Below are positions 9,853-22,182 of a stretch of 64,000 nucleotides of DNA, one piece after another. Below the pieces are notes generated by a model. The model worked only from the letters and a program-made list of their open reading frames with translations. It ran no database searches and was not told the origin of the DNA. Every line of letters starts with the position of its first letter. Within the stretch, counting starts at the first letter, position 1. Where the stretch lies: the IMG/VR virus record IMGVR_UViG_3300034358_000008, positions 62,001 to 126,000 of that record. One strand, written 5' to 3'. The position numbers were made by a program, and so were the translations under genes.

Positions 9853-12495
9853 TTAAGCCCCCGTAATAAAGAAGAATGGAGACAGTTCCATCTCTTGGCG
9901 TAGATACAGTTTCAGAACACGACGATAGAAGTCGTATTGATCCTGAGTCAGGCCGATGGGACTAGAGTTCCAATGTGGATATACTTTCACATGGTTGGTG
10001 TTGTAATCGTGGTTAAGAATGTCAAGTGGTTTTAGCCACTCATACGACTTCATCAAGTTCACGATATCCATGTCGGTGTAACGACCATTTACAAAAGGAG
10101 GTTTCAGTCGTCCCTTCAGCATATCTTGCACGACTTTATTCGAGAACGCCGAGTAGACGTGATAGTGGTTAGTGAACACATCAGGGTTTGGACGATCCCG
10201 TTTAGGGAAGTAGTAACCCATTACCTCACTCGTTATCCGATCACGTTCATCATCTTCCACACGGGCTTTGGTATCGTCTTTAAAGACGGTCTTCAAGGTA
10301 ACCTGTGGAGTTTGAATCTGGTAAGGAGAACCATTACGTTCACCCTCAACTACTCGACCATTACGGTCTTCTTCGAATACCACATCGCGATAGTCTTTGT
10401 AGTGGCCATCAACGATAATCCGCTGCATTTTGTGTGAGTGTATATGGTACTGTGAATCGTTAGACAACACGCCGTACTCAACAAACCCAAACTCAGCTGG
10501 ATCGTAACGCTTCATGTCTGGAGAACAGAACCCAGTGCCGCGCAACAGAACCTTCTGCAAACCGTCTTCACGGTACTCGAGGTTATGGATGCCAATCAAC
10601 TCTTCGCTAATCAGATAGTCCAACCCTTGGATCACAGGACGATAGTTAAAGAACGCATCGAGTTGCCCGAAAGGGATCTCCATGGTTTTATTAACCAACT
10701 GACCGTTCTGTTGTTCCCAAGCTGAGATAGCCAACCGAATAACACCTGGGTCATCGTTAAAAACGAATTCCTTAAGGTAGAAATACTCGTCAGTTCTCAG
10801 GTAGCCAAGCCATTCAGTTGCAGGAGCTGTCCACACCCAACGAGGTGCATACAGATCGTCTACGAAATAACCCCAGTCACCACGGTTAGGCAGATCGGTA
10901 ATGTCCTGCCATTCATTGGTAGGTACACCACCCCAAACTTTGGTTACATACACACGGAAGTTATAGCCGTACTTCAAAGCTACTTCACTGTTACCGTAAT
11001 AACCATTCAGGTTGTCTGAACCTTTACCGGTGACACATTCAACCAGCACACAACGGATGTTCTTAGGGACATAAACCTGACCACCCACGTGATAATGGTA
11101 TTCGAGTAGAACGCCCTTATCGTCGTATTCAAAGCACGTTGCGTTCCGCCAGTAGTAGTACGCCAATCTTGCCATGCGAACGCCCGTATGGGGGTCTACG
11201 ACAACCTTAGCGGGGTTATCGTTCATGAGTTTAGCACACTCGTGATAACCGAAGACTTCACCAGCAAAGTTCTGTGCATCTACCTTACCTTGATGGTTTA
11301 GTTCAGGGATGTTAAAGGTGATCGGATAGATGAAGCTAGGTTTGGCCGACATGAACTGAGCATAGTAGGATCGCTCCAAGTTCTCAGCACGCCATAGTGG
11401 GTTAAGAGCATCAACACCTGTCATGTTCCGAAGGATCTGATCAGAGGTCAGTCGATACAGTTCCCAGATACGGTGAGCATCTGCAACCAAAGGACGTTGA
11501 TAACCACCATCACGAATGTACAACTTAACGTACATGTCTTCGATACCAGTCCACTCAGGAGTCAATGTAATAAACTCTTGAATGCGACTAACGGAGATAC
11601 TGTAATCCTTGTGGGTCAGTTGTCTCAGCCAAGTCCCTTGGTTATGGTGATAAGCCAAACCTTTGAACTGTTGTGCAGTTGGACCCTGCTTAACCAGCAA
11701 CGCCGTGATGTCATCATAGAAATCGATCTGATCAGTTTGTCCCGGATAATGCAGGATGTACTTACGTTGAGTATCCAGAGTACTGTTAAATACTTGGAGG
11801 TCAGAGATCTTGAAGTCAACCACTTTCTTAATGGTTGGATCTAGGATGAAATCACAAAGATCACCGGGTACAGCAGTTACAACACTGATCTCATTAACAG
11901 CTTTACCGTTAACGAAGTACATACCCACACCGCCATCAGCGATGATTCGATCAGAGTTACGGATTTGGAATTGGCGAATCGCTTCGGTATTAGCCGCTAC
12001 GATTGACTCTGCGTGCAACCAACGTTTGTTCTGATCACCACTACGTTCCGATTCATAGAAAGCGTTGTGGTATAGATGCAGATAGATCTGGTTGTCATCC
12101 AATGCAGGGAAGCGGTCGTTAACCTTAACAGCAACCAAAAGGTTCTGTCTTGAGGTAACCATCACGTATGTTTCAGACATGCTGTAACGTACGCCATTGG
12201 TTTGGTATACGCTGGCTAATGTCAGGTTGTCCTTCGCAAGACTCGTCAGGTTGATCCAAGTGTCCTTAGTCTTCGGCATGCCGATATTCGCAGGAATCAC
12301 TTGGCCAATCTGGAAGATATGATAGTAGTCACGATTGGTATTCGTCGGCATGAAGTACCGAGTGTGCTCAACCACGTAATTACCCCGGATGCCGTAGCGC
12401 GGGGTAAGTTGTTGGAGGGCGTACGTGAACTGCTTATCTTGCGTTGGGTTACACCAGACATTATCAATTGCGTAACGCAAGAGATAGTTATCCAT
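9853..12495 (-). CDS. Large virion structural protein (phiKZ gp27-like)
   Basis: 880 aa; N-terminus YAIDNVWCNP; synteny. Confidence 0.7.
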   Translation of the reverse strand: MDNYLLRYAIDNVWCNPTQDKQFTYALQQLTPRYGIRGNYVVEHTRYFMPTNTNRDYYHIFQIGQVIPANIGMPKTKDTWINLTSLAKDNLTLASVYQTNGVRYSMSETYVMVTSRQNLLVAVKVNDRFPALDDNQIYLHLYHNAFYESERSGDQNKRWLHAESIVAANTEAIRQFQIRNSDRIIADGGVGMYFVNGKAVNEISVVTAVPGDLCDFILDPTIKKVVDFKISDLQVFNSTLDTQRKYILHYPGQTDQIDFYDDITALLVKQGPTAQQFKGLAYHHNQGTWLRQLTHKDYSISVSRIQEFITLTPEWTGIEDMYVKLYIRDGGYQRPLVADAHRIWELYRLTSDQILRNMTGVDALNPLWRAENLERSYYAQFMSAKPSFIYPITFNIPELNHQGKVDAQNFAGEVFGYHECAKLMNDNPAKVVVDPHTGVRMARLAYYYWRNATCFEYDDKGVLLEYHYHVGGQVYVPKNIRCVLVECVTGKGSDNLNGYYGNSEVALKYGYNFRVYVTKVWGGVPTNEWQDITDLPNRGDWGYFVDDLYAPRWVWTAPATEWLGYLRTDEYFYLKEFVFNDDPGVIRLAISAWEQQNGQLVNKTMEIPFGQLDAFFNYRPVIQGLDYLISEELIGIHNLEYREDGLQKVLLRGTGFCSPDMKRYDPAEFGFVEYGVLSNDSQYHIHSHKMQRIIVDGHYKDYRDVVFEEDRNGRVVEGERNGSPYQIQTPQVTLKTVFKDDTKARVEDDERDRITSEVMGYYFPKRDRPNPDVFTNHYHVYSAFSNKVVQDMLKGRLKPPFVNGRYTDMDIVNLMKSYEWLKPLDILNHDYNTNHVKVYPHWNSSPIGLTQDQYDFYRRVLKLYLRQEMELSPFFFITGA

Positions 12496-12507
12496 TTGGT
12501 CACACCC

Positions 12508-13449
12508 TTAGTCAAAGTTTTCGTATTGCTCGCTCACTTGACGGAACACAAGATCCGTAAAGGTTTTCAATTCGTGCGGACGAGCGACTGTATCTGCACG
12601 TTGGGTAATAACGGTCTTGCGATAACTACGGTCAGCAATAGCCATGTAAAGCATTGCAATGAAAGTAGGGAGGTGTTCCAGTGCTACGCCAACGTTCTCA
12701 CGTGAGTTAACACCAAACCAGCTGTTAGCCAGCAATACGTATAAGTCCTGAAACTTCAGTACACCAGTACGTTCCTGATAGGAACAGGTGGACATTGCCG
12801 TAGCAAGATCGTCAGCATTACGCAGTGGACCTACTTCCAGAATCACATTGATTACGAAATCAGGTGGTACGCCAGTGATCCGAGAAATAACCGGAGCGAA
12901 CTCTTGACGGGATTCTGGATTAGCTTCTTGCAATTCTGGCATGCACATTGCGTAATAGTAGTAGGCGGTAATAACGTAAAGTGCCATCTGCGATTCAATA
13001 GGCAGACCGAACTTCGAGATTACTGGACCACTCACCCAACGGTTAAACACCTTAGCCGGGATATCGCCAAGACGGCTAAACATAGTCTCATCACCTTTCA
13101 GTAGACGAGTATTCAAAGCCATTCGGATGCATTGATAAGTCCAGTCATTGTTTGCTACCAGACGATATGTACCAGAGCGTGGTTCGTACTTCATGTACTG
13201 CCGCCCGTCGATGAGCATCTTAGGTTCCCCCGGTTGCCCAATATCAATGAACTGGGTGAACATAGGGATATCTTCATGCTCTGGTAACGGAGTAACGAAA
13301 TGACAATTCTTAAGCAGGTATTGCGCGGTAGTCTTTACCTGAGGGAATGGAAGACTCAGAACAGCCTTATTAACTTCACGACGAAGTTTGTCTTGCTGGC
13401 TCTGTGGATAAATGCTACAGATTTTAGTCTGATACGGTAGCGTGTGCAT
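12508..13449 (-). CDS. Virion protein (phiKZ gp28-like)
   Basis: 313 aa; AAGGAG RBS; divergent from the sheath gene. Confidence 0.65.
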   Translation of the reverse strand: MHTLPYQTKICSIYPQSQQDKLRREVNKAVLSLPFPQVKTTAQYLLKNCHFVTPLPEHEDIPMFTQFIDIGQPGEPKMLIDGRQYMKYEPRSGTYRLVANNDWTYQCIRMALNTRLLKGDETMFSRLGDIPAKVFNRWVSGPVISKFGLPIESQMALYVITAYYYYAMCMPELQEANPESRQEFAPVISRITGVPPDFVINVILEVGPLRNADDLATAMSTCSYQERTGVLKFQDLYVLLANSWFGVNSRENVGVALEHLPTFIAMLYMAIADRSYRKTVITQRADTVARPHELKTFTDLVFRQVSEQYENFD

Positions 13450-13579
13450 TACCGAATCTCCTTTATTGAAGGTCGTAAAATTTAACTAGTGGGATCAATC
13501 GTGTTTAATAAATATGATTGACTGTTAGTTAACACTCATAACATCGAGTTCAAAGCTCCATACTTGGGAGAACCAAAAG

Positions 13580-15688
13580 ATGGCAACTTTCACTAATGCG
13601 GTCCCGCGGGTTGTATTTAACGGGATTCGCGATCGTAGTCGTCGGGCGTTGATTCGTCCAGATGAAACCTACGCTCAACACACCCCCTTGCTGCGTCTCT
13701 TCACTGAGACTGGTCCGACCGCCACAACTTACGTTGGCGATACCGATGATGGCTTTGCTGGCATCTATGGTCAGATGTCGCTCGATCCACGTAGCAAGTA
13801 CTTTAACCAACAATCGCTTCTTGCTCTGAACCTCCTGGGTCAGGGTAATGGTTTCTATGTAAAACGTCTGCGTCCAGAAGATGCTGGTAACTCGGCACGT
13901 TTGATTCTGGCCATCGACATGGTTCGTGATATGGTACCTAAGGCAGTAACTCGCCTGAGCGGTTTCCTGTATCCCGACACAACTACCACAGGTGTTAGCG
14001 GCGGTGTAACCACCCTGGCTGACCAACTGGTAGAAGGCTTGAAGGCTCGCATCGTTTTGATTGTAGACAACGATTCTGAAGTCGGTACTCAGCGCGTTCT
14101 GCCTGGTACTATGGTTTCGAGCATCGATGGTACTCAGTCGACTATGTATCCTCTGATGGAACTGCCAACCAGTTTCTTCGGTGCCTTGGGTAATAACCTC
14201 GGTATGCGTATCTGGTCTCCAACTGCTATGGATACCGAAGGGTACGATGAGCAGGCAACTGATCAGTTCGACACCCGTATGTATCGTGTTCAGTTCGTAG
14301 AGCTGATGAACGGTCTCAACACTCCGCAGATCATCAAGACTGCACTGGGTGAAGACTACGTGAACGTTTCCTTTGATGAAGGCGTTTATTCGGAGTCTAC
14401 TGACCGCGACCTGACTATCGACCAAGTGTTGATTGCTCAGTACGAAGATGACGGTATCGAGAACGGTTTGACTCCTATGTTCTCGCCTTTCAGCCAGGTG
14501 TTCGTATATCGCGAAAACATCAGTATGGTTCAACAACTTATCTGGGATTCGGAATTGCTGGCTAACCCAGCCTTCTCTGATCAGGTAAAAGGTCCGGGTC
14601 AAATCGACTTCCTGACCATGTTGGATTTCAGCGGTGATCCGTACATGACAGTTCAACTGTTGGGTGCTTTGGATGGCGGCGTGCTGCTTGGTAAGAATGC
14701 TACAGTATTCGCTGTTGGCGGTTCTGACGGTTCTACCACCTTCGACAACTACGTTGCCCTGACTGACTTGGAGAACACCAACTTCGGTCAACTGGAAGAT
14801 CAGTACGAAGACATCGCGCGTTACCAATTCGGCTTCATCTACGATACTGGTCTGCCTCTGGCTTCCAAGTACAAGATGATGCAAGTTCTGGGTGCTCGTC
14901 GTGACCTGTATTGCATGTTCTCTACCTTCGTTGAAACCGATGCTCGTGGCCTGTCCACTAGTGATGAAGTTTCTCGTTGCATCGCGATCATGACTCGTCT
15001 GAAAGCTTTCCCTGAGTCGACCCTTTACGGTACTCCTGTTTGCCGGGCATCTATTGTTCTGCAATCCGGTAAGCTGATGGGTAGCAACTACACCAAGCGT
15101 GTTCCACAAGTGCTTGACGTTGCAATGGCTTGGGCTAAGTATGCTGGTGCTGGTAACGGTATCCTGCGTCCGGGTCTGGAAATGGATCAATCTCCGAACA
15201 ACGAGGTTAATTTCGTTAAGTCGTTGAACGTTCCGTTCTTCAATGCTCGTGTAGCTTCCAACCTGTGGGTTAACGGTGCAACCACATCGACTACCTACAA
15301 TAAGCGTCGTCAGTACTACGCTTGCCATCGCTCGGTTATGCTCGACGATACTTCGGTATTGCTGTCGCCGGTGACTGTGAACATCTGCTGCGTGATCATG
15401 CGTTTGATCCACAAGATCCACGCCAAGTTCTCGGGTAACGCTTCCCTGACTAAAGAACAACTTGTAGAGCGCTGTGACCAGGAAATTCTGGATATCACTC
15501 GTGACCTGTTCGGTGGTCGTGTGGATATCACTCCTCGGACTGAGATCACCCCAATCGACGACAACAATGGCTTCAGTTGGACTTGCACCGTTACCGTTGC
15601 GGCTAATAACCCACGTACGGTCATGAACTTCAAGCTGGAAACTGTTCGTCGCGAAGCTGCTACCGAAGGTACTGTTGGCACTGTATAA
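13580..15688 (+). CDS. Tail sheath protein (phiKZ gp29-like)
   Basis: 702 aa; N-terminus [15 protein letters not shown]; YDTG motif; followed by a tube-sized gene. Confidence 0.85.
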   Translation: MATFTNAVPRVVFNGIRDRSRRALIRPDETYAQHTPLLRLFTETGPTATTYVGDTDDGFAGIYGQMSLDPRSKYFNQQSLLALNLLGQGNGFYVKRLRPEDAGNSARLILAIDMVRDMVPKAVTRLSGFLYPDTTTTGVSGGVTTLADQLVEGLKARIVLIVDNDSEVGTQRVLPGTMVSSIDGTQSTMYPLMELPTSFFGALGNNLGMRIWSPTAMDTEGYDEQATDQFDTRMYRVQFVELMNGLNTPQIIKTALGEDYVNVSFDEGVYSESTDRDLTIDQVLIAQYEDDGIENGLTPMFSPFSQVFVYRENISMVQQLIWDSELLANPAFSDQVKGPGQIDFLTMLDFSGDPYMTVQLLGALDGGVLLGKNATVFAVGGSDGSTTFDNYVALTDLENTNFGQLEDQYEDIARYQFGFIYDTGLPLASKYKMMQVLGARRDLYCMFSTFVETDARGLSTSDEVSRCIAIMTRLKAFPESTLYGTPVCRASIVLQSGKLMGSNYTKRVPQVLDVAMAWAKYAGAGNGILRPGLEMDQSPNNEVNFVKSLNVPFFNARVASNLWVNGATTSTTYNKRRQYYACHRSVMLDDTSVLLSPVTVNICCVIMRLIHKIHAKFSGNASLTKEQLVERCDQEILDITRDLFGGRVDITPRTEITPIDDNNGFSWTCTVTVAANNPRTVMNFKLETVRREAATEGTVGTV

Positions 15689-15728
15689 GTGCCAACTCCC
15701 TCAGAGCACTCTACTAGAGGAATAAAGA

Positions 15729-16604
15729 ATGAAACGCTATAATGATCCAATGGCTCCCGTAACTGGTTACGGTGCGGGTGGTCCTAAGAACACCATTAAC
15801 GTGAGTCAGGCAGGTACGGACGTCATGCGTCCAGACTTGGCTAACCTTGCGAGTAACACTCCGTATGTAAGCCGTAACGCTATTCCTTTCCTGCTTGAAG
15901 CTCCTCGGTTCTTCCAGTATGCCAAGGACCCTAAGCAATTGGTTCGTTCTCTGAAAGCCCTGATTGAAAACCATGTTCGGACTATCGACGGTCTGCAACA
16001 GACGATTCAGGTTGATACTGCGGATGCCCCTTGGGGTGGTTCGGGTGAAGCCATTCAGGTAGCCACCAACGTTACCCGTGCACGTTCTAACCCGTCGTTG
16101 GGTTGCTGGGAACTGCAAGGTCGAGCCATTCAGCGTTTCTTGCGCTGGTGGATCACTTACGGTATCGCTGATGAGAACACCAAAGTTCCACGTATCGTTG
16201 CTGAAGGTAACGTTCCAGTAGAGAAGTACGATGCCACCTTCTACGGTGCTACAGTACTGTTCATCGAACCGGACCCAACCTTCCAAGACGTAACCAGTGC
16301 ATATCTGTGTACTAACATGTTCCCTCTTTCCACTGGTCCATGGGAGTCCCGTAAGGATGCTTCCCAGATTGGTCAGAACCTCGATCTCTCGATTGAGTTT
16401 GCTGCCATGACTGACGTATCGGAAGGCGTGATCATGTACGCACGTGAACTGTTCCAGCGTATGAACATCCGTGGTATGAACCCTAACGATCAACGCACTT
16501 GGACCGAAGGCATCAGTGCCAACGTTAATGCTGCGAACATCGGTCTCAAGCAACAACTTGAGCGTTCTGCTACTAACCGTGTGACTTACAACGGGGTTGA
16601 CTAA
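15729..16604 (+). CDS. Tail tube protein (phiKZ gp30-like)
   Basis: 291 aa immediately after the sheath gene. Confidence 0.8.
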   Translation: MKRYNDPMAPVTGYGAGGPKNTINVSQAGTDVMRPDLANLASNTPYVSRNAIPFLLEAPRFFQYAKDPKQLVRSLKALIENHVRTIDGLQQTIQVDTADAPWGGSGEAIQVATNVTRARSNPSLGCWELQGRAIQRFLRWWITYGIADENTKVPRIVAEGNVPVEKYDATFYGATVLFIEPDPTFQDVTSAYLCTNMFPLSTGPWESRKDASQIGQNLDLSIEFAAMTDVSEGVIMYARELFQRMNIRGMNPNDQRTWTEGISANVNAANIGLKQQLERSATNRVTYNGVD

Positions 16605-16876
16605 TGGCCGATACGTTCCCGCTGCAAAAGATACAAACCCAATACACTGGTAAGTCTCCATCGGCGGTAACGGATCAAGCTGAAGCATATAAAAACATGC
16701 TAGGCTTCCAAGCCGCTGGTGAAGACGTTGGGTTGTTCTACCAATTGAATCAGATTGCTGCTGTTCCACCAGTTGAAGTTGAGACTTATACGAACAGTAA
16801 TAGTCGTCAACTTCAAAACATCAAACGGTACGGTAACTATGCCGAACCAATTGAAGCTGGTGGCGTGTACGCCTAA
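16604..16876 (+). CDS. Small hypothetical protein, probably virion
   Basis: TAATG coupling to the tube gene. Confidence 0.65.
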   Translation: MADTFPLQKIQTQYTGKSPSAVTDQAEAYKNMLGFQAAGEDVGLFYQLNQIAAVPPVEVETYTNSNSRQLQNIKRYGNYAEPIEAGGVYA

Positions 16877-16880
16877 GACA

Positions 16881-16924
16881 ACATAAGACCCCGACCGAAA
16901 GGCCGGGGCTTTATGCCGTGTTTT
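16881..16924. terminator. Bidirectional intrinsic terminator
   Basis: CCCCGACC-GAAA-GGCCGGGG hairpin with CATAA/TTATG outer stem. Confidence 0.75.
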
Positions 16925-17396
16925 AAATAAGCCAGCGAGCTTCTTTAGTCATCGCTTCTTCGTGGGTGGCACCATCAGTCATACGTTGAGCTACTCGAGA
17001 ACGATAGATCTTGCAGCGTTGGTCAGGAGTGAAAAGCGTTACATCAGTATGGTCATTAATAGCACTGTCCCGGACGACTGATTGAATTAGTTCTGCGGTG
17101 AACAATGGATCTGGATCGTTTTCGTCCATCACCACGTGTACGGTTTGTTTCTTACGTGCCCAGAATGAAGCCACTGTTTTACCAGTCTCGCTCATTACGT
17201 AAGCATTGCCTGTAACAGGATATACGACACCATTACGGTTATCACCTTTGCCAGCATTAACTGTAACAATGGGTTCGCCTTGAGCATTGTGACCAAATTC
17301 GAAATGGTCGCCTTCATCAACAAGAACCATCTTAAACCCTTTACCCACATCGGAGTCGGCTAGGTTTTCACCGGACATGATTTTAATAGAATACAT
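16923..17396 (-). CDS. Hypothetical protein
   Basis: ORF; probable start MYSIK after an AAGGT RBS. Confidence 0.6.
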   Translation of the reverse strand: MYSIKIMSGENLADSDVGKGFKMVLVDEGDHFEFGHNAQGEPIVTVNAGKGDNRNGVVYPVTGNAYVMSETGKTVASFWARKKQTVHVVMDENDPDPLFTAELIQSVVRDSAINDHTDVTLFTPDQRCKIYRSRVAQRMTDGATHEEAMTKEARWLI

Positions 17397-17465
17397 CTTA
17401 TTACCTTCTAGTAGTAGTGTAGCGATAGTGCTACACATCATGTCCAGCTGAGTATTACTTCGTGT

Positions 17466-17500
17466 AACAAAAGATATTTTAAGAGTATATCACTTAGGTG
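17466..17500 (+). promoter_or_regulatory. Early promoter for the HNH gene
   Basis: AACAAAA-N13-TATATCAC-N5-TG. Confidence 0.6.
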
Positions 17501-17523
17501 TTATAGATACATGAAGGTGATTT

Positions 17524-18336
17524 ATGGGTTTATCTAAAGATTTAACTGGTAACCGATTTGGTTATCTGATAGCTAAGGTTATCGTACCTACGGTGAATAC
17601 ACGTTTTAGGTCGTGGCTGTGCGTTTGCGATTGTGGTAAAGATCGTATTGTTGCAACATCTGATTTAACCAGACATAAGGTTAATTCATGTGGCTGTAAA
17701 AATGCAACGTGTATAACCAATGAACGCTTTGGTCGACTTGTAGCTAAGGGTAGAGTAAAGCGCGCTAATACCCGAAACTCTTATTGGAAATGTTTATGTG
17801 ATTGCGGTACAGTTGTTGAAGTGGCCTTACATTCACTGAAAGCTGGTCTAACTAAATCGTGTGGTTGTTTAGCACGAGAATTAGCCGGCACACATACGCT
17901 CAAACATGGGTTGAGTGGTACGTATGAGTACAAGTCATGGAATGCCATGATGGATAGATGTAAGAACGATGACCGTTATATTGATCGAGGTATTACTATC
18001 TGTGATCGATGGAAAGAATCATTTGAGGCATTCCTTGAGGATATGGGGCCACGTCCAGAAAATACTTCACTCGATCGGCGAGATAATACACTTGGTTATT
18101 ATCCAGATAACTGTAGGTGGGCAGATCAGACAATACAGTTATTAAATCAGGGTATGCGGTCTGATAACAAAACTGGTATTACTGGTGTAAGCTTATTAGA
18201 ATCTGGTAAATATAGAACCCAGTTAGCTGCATACGGTAAAATGTTATTCAAAGAAGAGTTCGATACTATCGAAGAGGCTATTCAGGCACGCGTAGCTGCT
18301 GAAACAAAATATAAAGAACCGCTATTAAGGACATAA
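17524..18336 (+). mobile_element. Free-standing HNH homing endonuclease with C-terminal AP2 domain
   Basis: Two N-terminal RFG..L...WxCxCDCG...SCGC repeats; HNH-like [19 protein letters not shown]; AP2-like NKTGITGVS...[11 protein letters not shown]; visibly more AT-rich than flanks. Confidence 0.85.
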
Positions 18337-18376
18337 AGGAGAGGGCACATGCCCTCTCCAATACCTTTTCTTTTTT
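18331..18376. terminator. Intrinsic terminator
   Basis: GGAGAGGGC-ACAT-GCCCTCTCC plus T-run. Confidence 0.8.
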
Positions 18377-19619
18377 ATTTCGTGTAATAGGATTTACACA
18401 TTGCTCTCAAAACAATGTACAAAATTAATCCTGTTCTCGTCGCCGCGATTTGACCAGCATGTCTTGAATTAGTAGCATTCTTAACAATTTGATCACCCAT
18501 GTCACGTAAGGTTAATACACGTGGGTCAGAAGACTTTGGCGCCATTAACAACAATCTTAGTCGAACGATTAGCTCTTTGAGATCGTTTTGTCGAGCTACC
18601 GACTGACGCATTGACTGCATATACTCGAAACAATAGAGTAACGATTCGTCAACAAATTTCGTCAAGTCTTTTGATTTAGGTTGATTGAAATTACGTGCGA
18701 CAAATTCTAATGACTTAATGAGTTGCTCTTCCGGCATTGTGTGCATTGCTGAGTTAATGATCGGAAGTAATTCAGGTCGGATTAGGTTGTCACGGTTAGT
18801 ACACACGCCATGCATGTAAGTCAGGTAAGTACGATAACCATTCACCTTATCCCGCAGTGCCATCTCACCATCGGTGTTAACCATAATGTCCGAAGTAGTA
18901 CGGATAGTGTGGCCAGCGTTGAGAGTAGCGATATAAACGGAGTAGTACTTGTTGATCAGTTCACGGATACGAGTTTGGGTATCGGTTACAATCCGGCGAG
19001 TCCAGTAATCGTAATCAGTACCAGGCTTCTCAGTCAGTACGTCATGATAGATCGATTCCTTAGACATGATGCCATCAGCACGATCCTTGACCAATAGTCC
19101 CCAACTACCAATTGTCTTGATATCGAACTTGTAGTTCAGTGCAGCGAATGAAGCTTCAGCTACTTCACGTCTTGCAGGGTACTTGAAACGTCGTACAAGC
19201 AACGATGTGATGTACTTGTAGTGAAGGACCTGGAATGCGTGGCGGCACGCCTCCTCGCGCGTTCTGAGAGGGATGTCAGATTGCTGCATCAATCGCATAG
19301 CCACATAACCCGGAGTGTAGTTCATCACGTCTGATGCCACTTTCTGGTTCTTAGGGTCTACGCCTTCAGCTCTCTGGAAATCATGTTGCAATAGATCTTC
19401 ATCTACCTTCAGTACGTCATCAAACCAAAGCTCTCGGTCTGTGTCGTAGAAGTAGACAGGGTTCACACCCATAAGCACACCACCAAAGAAGGCAGAGTGA
19501 TCTTCGTTACGGTTCATGAAACGAATCGAGTACTCGATAATCCGTTTGCATAGGGCGGTATCGAACTTGACGTCACGGAAGTGATCATCCATTACCTCCC
19601 GCATTGTTTGCTTAGCCAT
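18375..19619 (-). CDS. Conserved virion protein (phiKZ gp32-like)
   Basis: 414 aa; GAGG RBS; synteny. Confidence 0.65.
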   Translation of the reverse strand: MAKQTMREVMDDHFRDVKFDTALCKRIIEYSIRFMNRNEDHSAFFGGVLMGVNPVYFYDTDRELWFDDVLKVDEDLLQHDFQRAEGVDPKNQKVASDVMNYTPGYVAMRLMQQSDIPLRTREEACRHAFQVLHYKYITSLLVRRFKYPARREVAEASFAALNYKFDIKTIGSWGLLVKDRADGIMSKESIYHDVLTEKPGTDYDYWTRRIVTDTQTRIRELINKYYSVYIATLNAGHTIRTTSDIMVNTDGEMALRDKVNGYRTYLTYMHGVCTNRDNLIRPELLPIINSAMHTMPEEQLIKSLEFVARNFNQPKSKDLTKFVDESLLYCFEYMQSMRQSVARQNDLKELIVRLRLLLMAPKSSDPRVLTLRDMGDQIVKNATNSRHAGQIAATRTGLILYIVLRAMCKSYYTK

Positions 19620-19664
19620 GGTTAAAACCTCTTGATTAATCAGATGATTGGGTACAGATGTAAT

Positions 19665-19699
19665 ATTAGAAGGTCTTTAAAGAGTATATTACAACTGTG
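19665..19699 (+). promoter_or_regulatory. Early promoter
   Basis: ATTAGAA-N13-TATATTAC-N5-TG. Confidence 0.75.
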
Positions 19700-19726
19700 T
19701 ATTAACCCAACTTAAAGGATTTTAAA

Positions 19727-21797
19727 ATGGCACATAACACAGTACACTTGTTCATTCAACGTCTCAAGACCGTGTTGCGTGAACGGGATAAAAAGGACAT
19801 GGCTATGCTAGAGTCCCTTCGTGGTATCCGATTTGCTTACCAGGGTTTGTTAGACTACGATAGTGGACTGACGGATGAAAAAGTTCAAGAAGCTATCATG
19901 CAAGCTTTGTTCAAGAACCCTAACATTCTTAAGCTGGATCTCACTGGAGAACTTACACGTCTTTCCAACGAGATCACCATCGATGGCGTAGCTCTGGCTG
20001 GCTCGCCGCTACTCCCTGAAGATCGGATGATCCTAACCGAAGTTGTGCATCAGTGTGATCTGGCAATTAATACGCTTATTCGTTCTATTAACTAAAGGAA
20101 TTTGTAATGCTCGTCAAGTCCAAGAACTCCGTACTCGACATGTTCGTTGCGGTCCATCATCTGTACACCAACGTACAAAGCAACAGCACGAAAGAACTCG
20201 GTATCGAAGTAGTGGGTCATTCGTTGGTAATTGAAGATACGCCGTTGCGTACGTCTTTGCATTATCAGGTTGGTCGTGAATCGGATATCATCGTCATACA
20301 GAAGTATGCTCACGCTGATGACGATCACCAGCTGTTGGAAAAGAAGCAATTCAGTTTGCGAGATATGCCTGGTGTAGAAGACTACATCATCGAAGCTTTT
20401 GAACTCTAGCTAAAGGACTTTAAAATGGACATGCAAGACGATCTCGATAGAGAACCTACCGATGCCGAGGTTGTTCTTGGTGTCGTACTGGTTGTTGTTA
20501 TGGCTGTAGCGGTATGGAAGTTCCTCGATTGGGCTGCTGAATAATTACAGGATTTGTTATGAAAGCTAATACTGGTGACAAAGCGTTCTTCTTGTTCATG
20601 GCTGAGATGTTTCATCTCGACCCAGATGACAAATTGGAGCTGGAAGAACACAACTTCTTGCAACGAGCAATGTGCGTAACTCATCTGGAAACCCGGCGTT
20701 CTTTTACAGTGCATCGTCGGGTGTATGGCTGTGAGTTCGACTACATCAATGGTAACGGTAACGTTACAGAACAAATCATCGACGATCCCATTGTAGCTGC
20801 TGAACGTGCAATGGCTTTCCTCAATCGTACAACCGATCAAATCTAAAGGACGTTCCAATGAACCCGAATGCAATTCCAAAAGAAGCCCATCACGATATCA
20901 TCGAAGACGATAACTACATTCCGCCTGGGATGATCCTCTCCAATACCGATCGGAAGAAGATGCTGGCGCGTGAACACAACCGGGCTTACAACGCCGGTGA
21001 ACTCACCCGGAAAACTGATCTGGTGGACATCGTGCGTGGTGCAGTTAGCCATGCACAGCACTCGCTCGGTCTGCCTGTTACCCAATCTGTACTCAGTAAA
21101 AACCGTTAATCTCATTGGCTATTAAAGGAATTTAATCATGGAAGCTACAGTATCCAAATCTGCTCTGGCTGGCTTTGCTGGTATCAACCTCGACATCTTC
21201 TCCCGTGCGTTCAGGGAGTGCGGTATCGGTGGTCGTTTCTCCAAGTTCCACCTGCTACAGTTCGGGCAATGGTTTCGGCTGATGGAACATGACGTCGAAG
21301 CTAACCTGCGTCTGGGGTTTGTGGTCCATAGCGAAATCAACCGGGACCTGATGGAAGAAATCGATTCCATTAAAGCACTGGCGTTCGGGAAGCAATTCCC
21401 TGAATGGACTACCTATCTGCATACGGCTCAAAAGGTCATTGCCAAGATCGTTCGTCCCGGTGGTCCAGGTAACAAATATTCCACGACTACAGAATCCCCT
21501 GACAGCCGTTACTTCATTCATCCGATCACCCGGAACCTGTTCGTCGCCAACCGGATGTACATTCTGGAGATCAGTCCAGTTGTGGGTCCTGCTCCATACG
21601 TCAGTACTTCAGCAGCATTCGCTTATCTGAAAACACGTAATTCGACTGTTGGTGAAAACGATGTGGTTGAAGTATTCACTGAGTACGATGACGTGATTGT
21701 TGTAATCACCGATAAGGTATCAGGTGGTGTGACTACACACGAGTCTGGTGTAAATGCAGCAACCTTCGAACTGATGTACGGGGAAGCAGTTGAATGA
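19727..21797 (+). other. Early hypothetical ORFs (19727-20095, 20107-20409, 20559-20846, 20858-21109, 21138-21797)
   Basis: Most are preceded by a TAAAGGA RBS. Confidence 0.7.
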
Positions 21798-22171
21798 AGT
21801 TGGAAGTACAGGACGTTCCTTACATTGTGATAAAGCAATATCTGGAACAGCATGTCAAAGACGGCCTTCCTGAATGGGAGGCCGCTACTCTGGACATGGA
21901 CACCGTTACGATGTTGTTGACTAGGGGTGCATTCGCTCGAGAGCGTTCAGCTTGGGTAGTAGCATTGGAAGGACATGTGGTAGGTTATGCAGTCGTCGAT
22001 AACAAGATGAAATGTCTGGATCTATTACACCTTTCTCCTGAAGTCAGGGGTAAGGGTCTGAGTAAGTGGTTCCTCCAACACCTCGACATCAAGAATGTCG
22101 TTGTAGACATCCGTAACAAAGTTGCCCTAGCTCTTTACAAGGGTTTGGGTTATGAAATTGAATACGCTTAA
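21794..22171 (+). CDS. GNAT-family acetyltransferase
   Basis: Acetyl-CoA motif A LHLSPEVRGKGLS and motif B NKVALALYKGLGY. Confidence 0.8.
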   Translation: MKLEVQDVPYIVIKQYLEQHVKDGLPEWEAATLDMDTVTMLLTRGAFARERSAWVVALEGHVVGYAVVDNKMKCLDLLHLSPEVRGKGLSKWFLQHLDIKNVVVDIRNKVALALYKGLGYEIEYA

Positions 22172-22182
22172 AGGAATTTGAA

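Noticed and set aside
13550-15460. 636-aa antisense ORF over the tail sheath gene
   Set aside because: Shadow frame from codon bias of a highly expressed gene; no RBS; unnatural composition.
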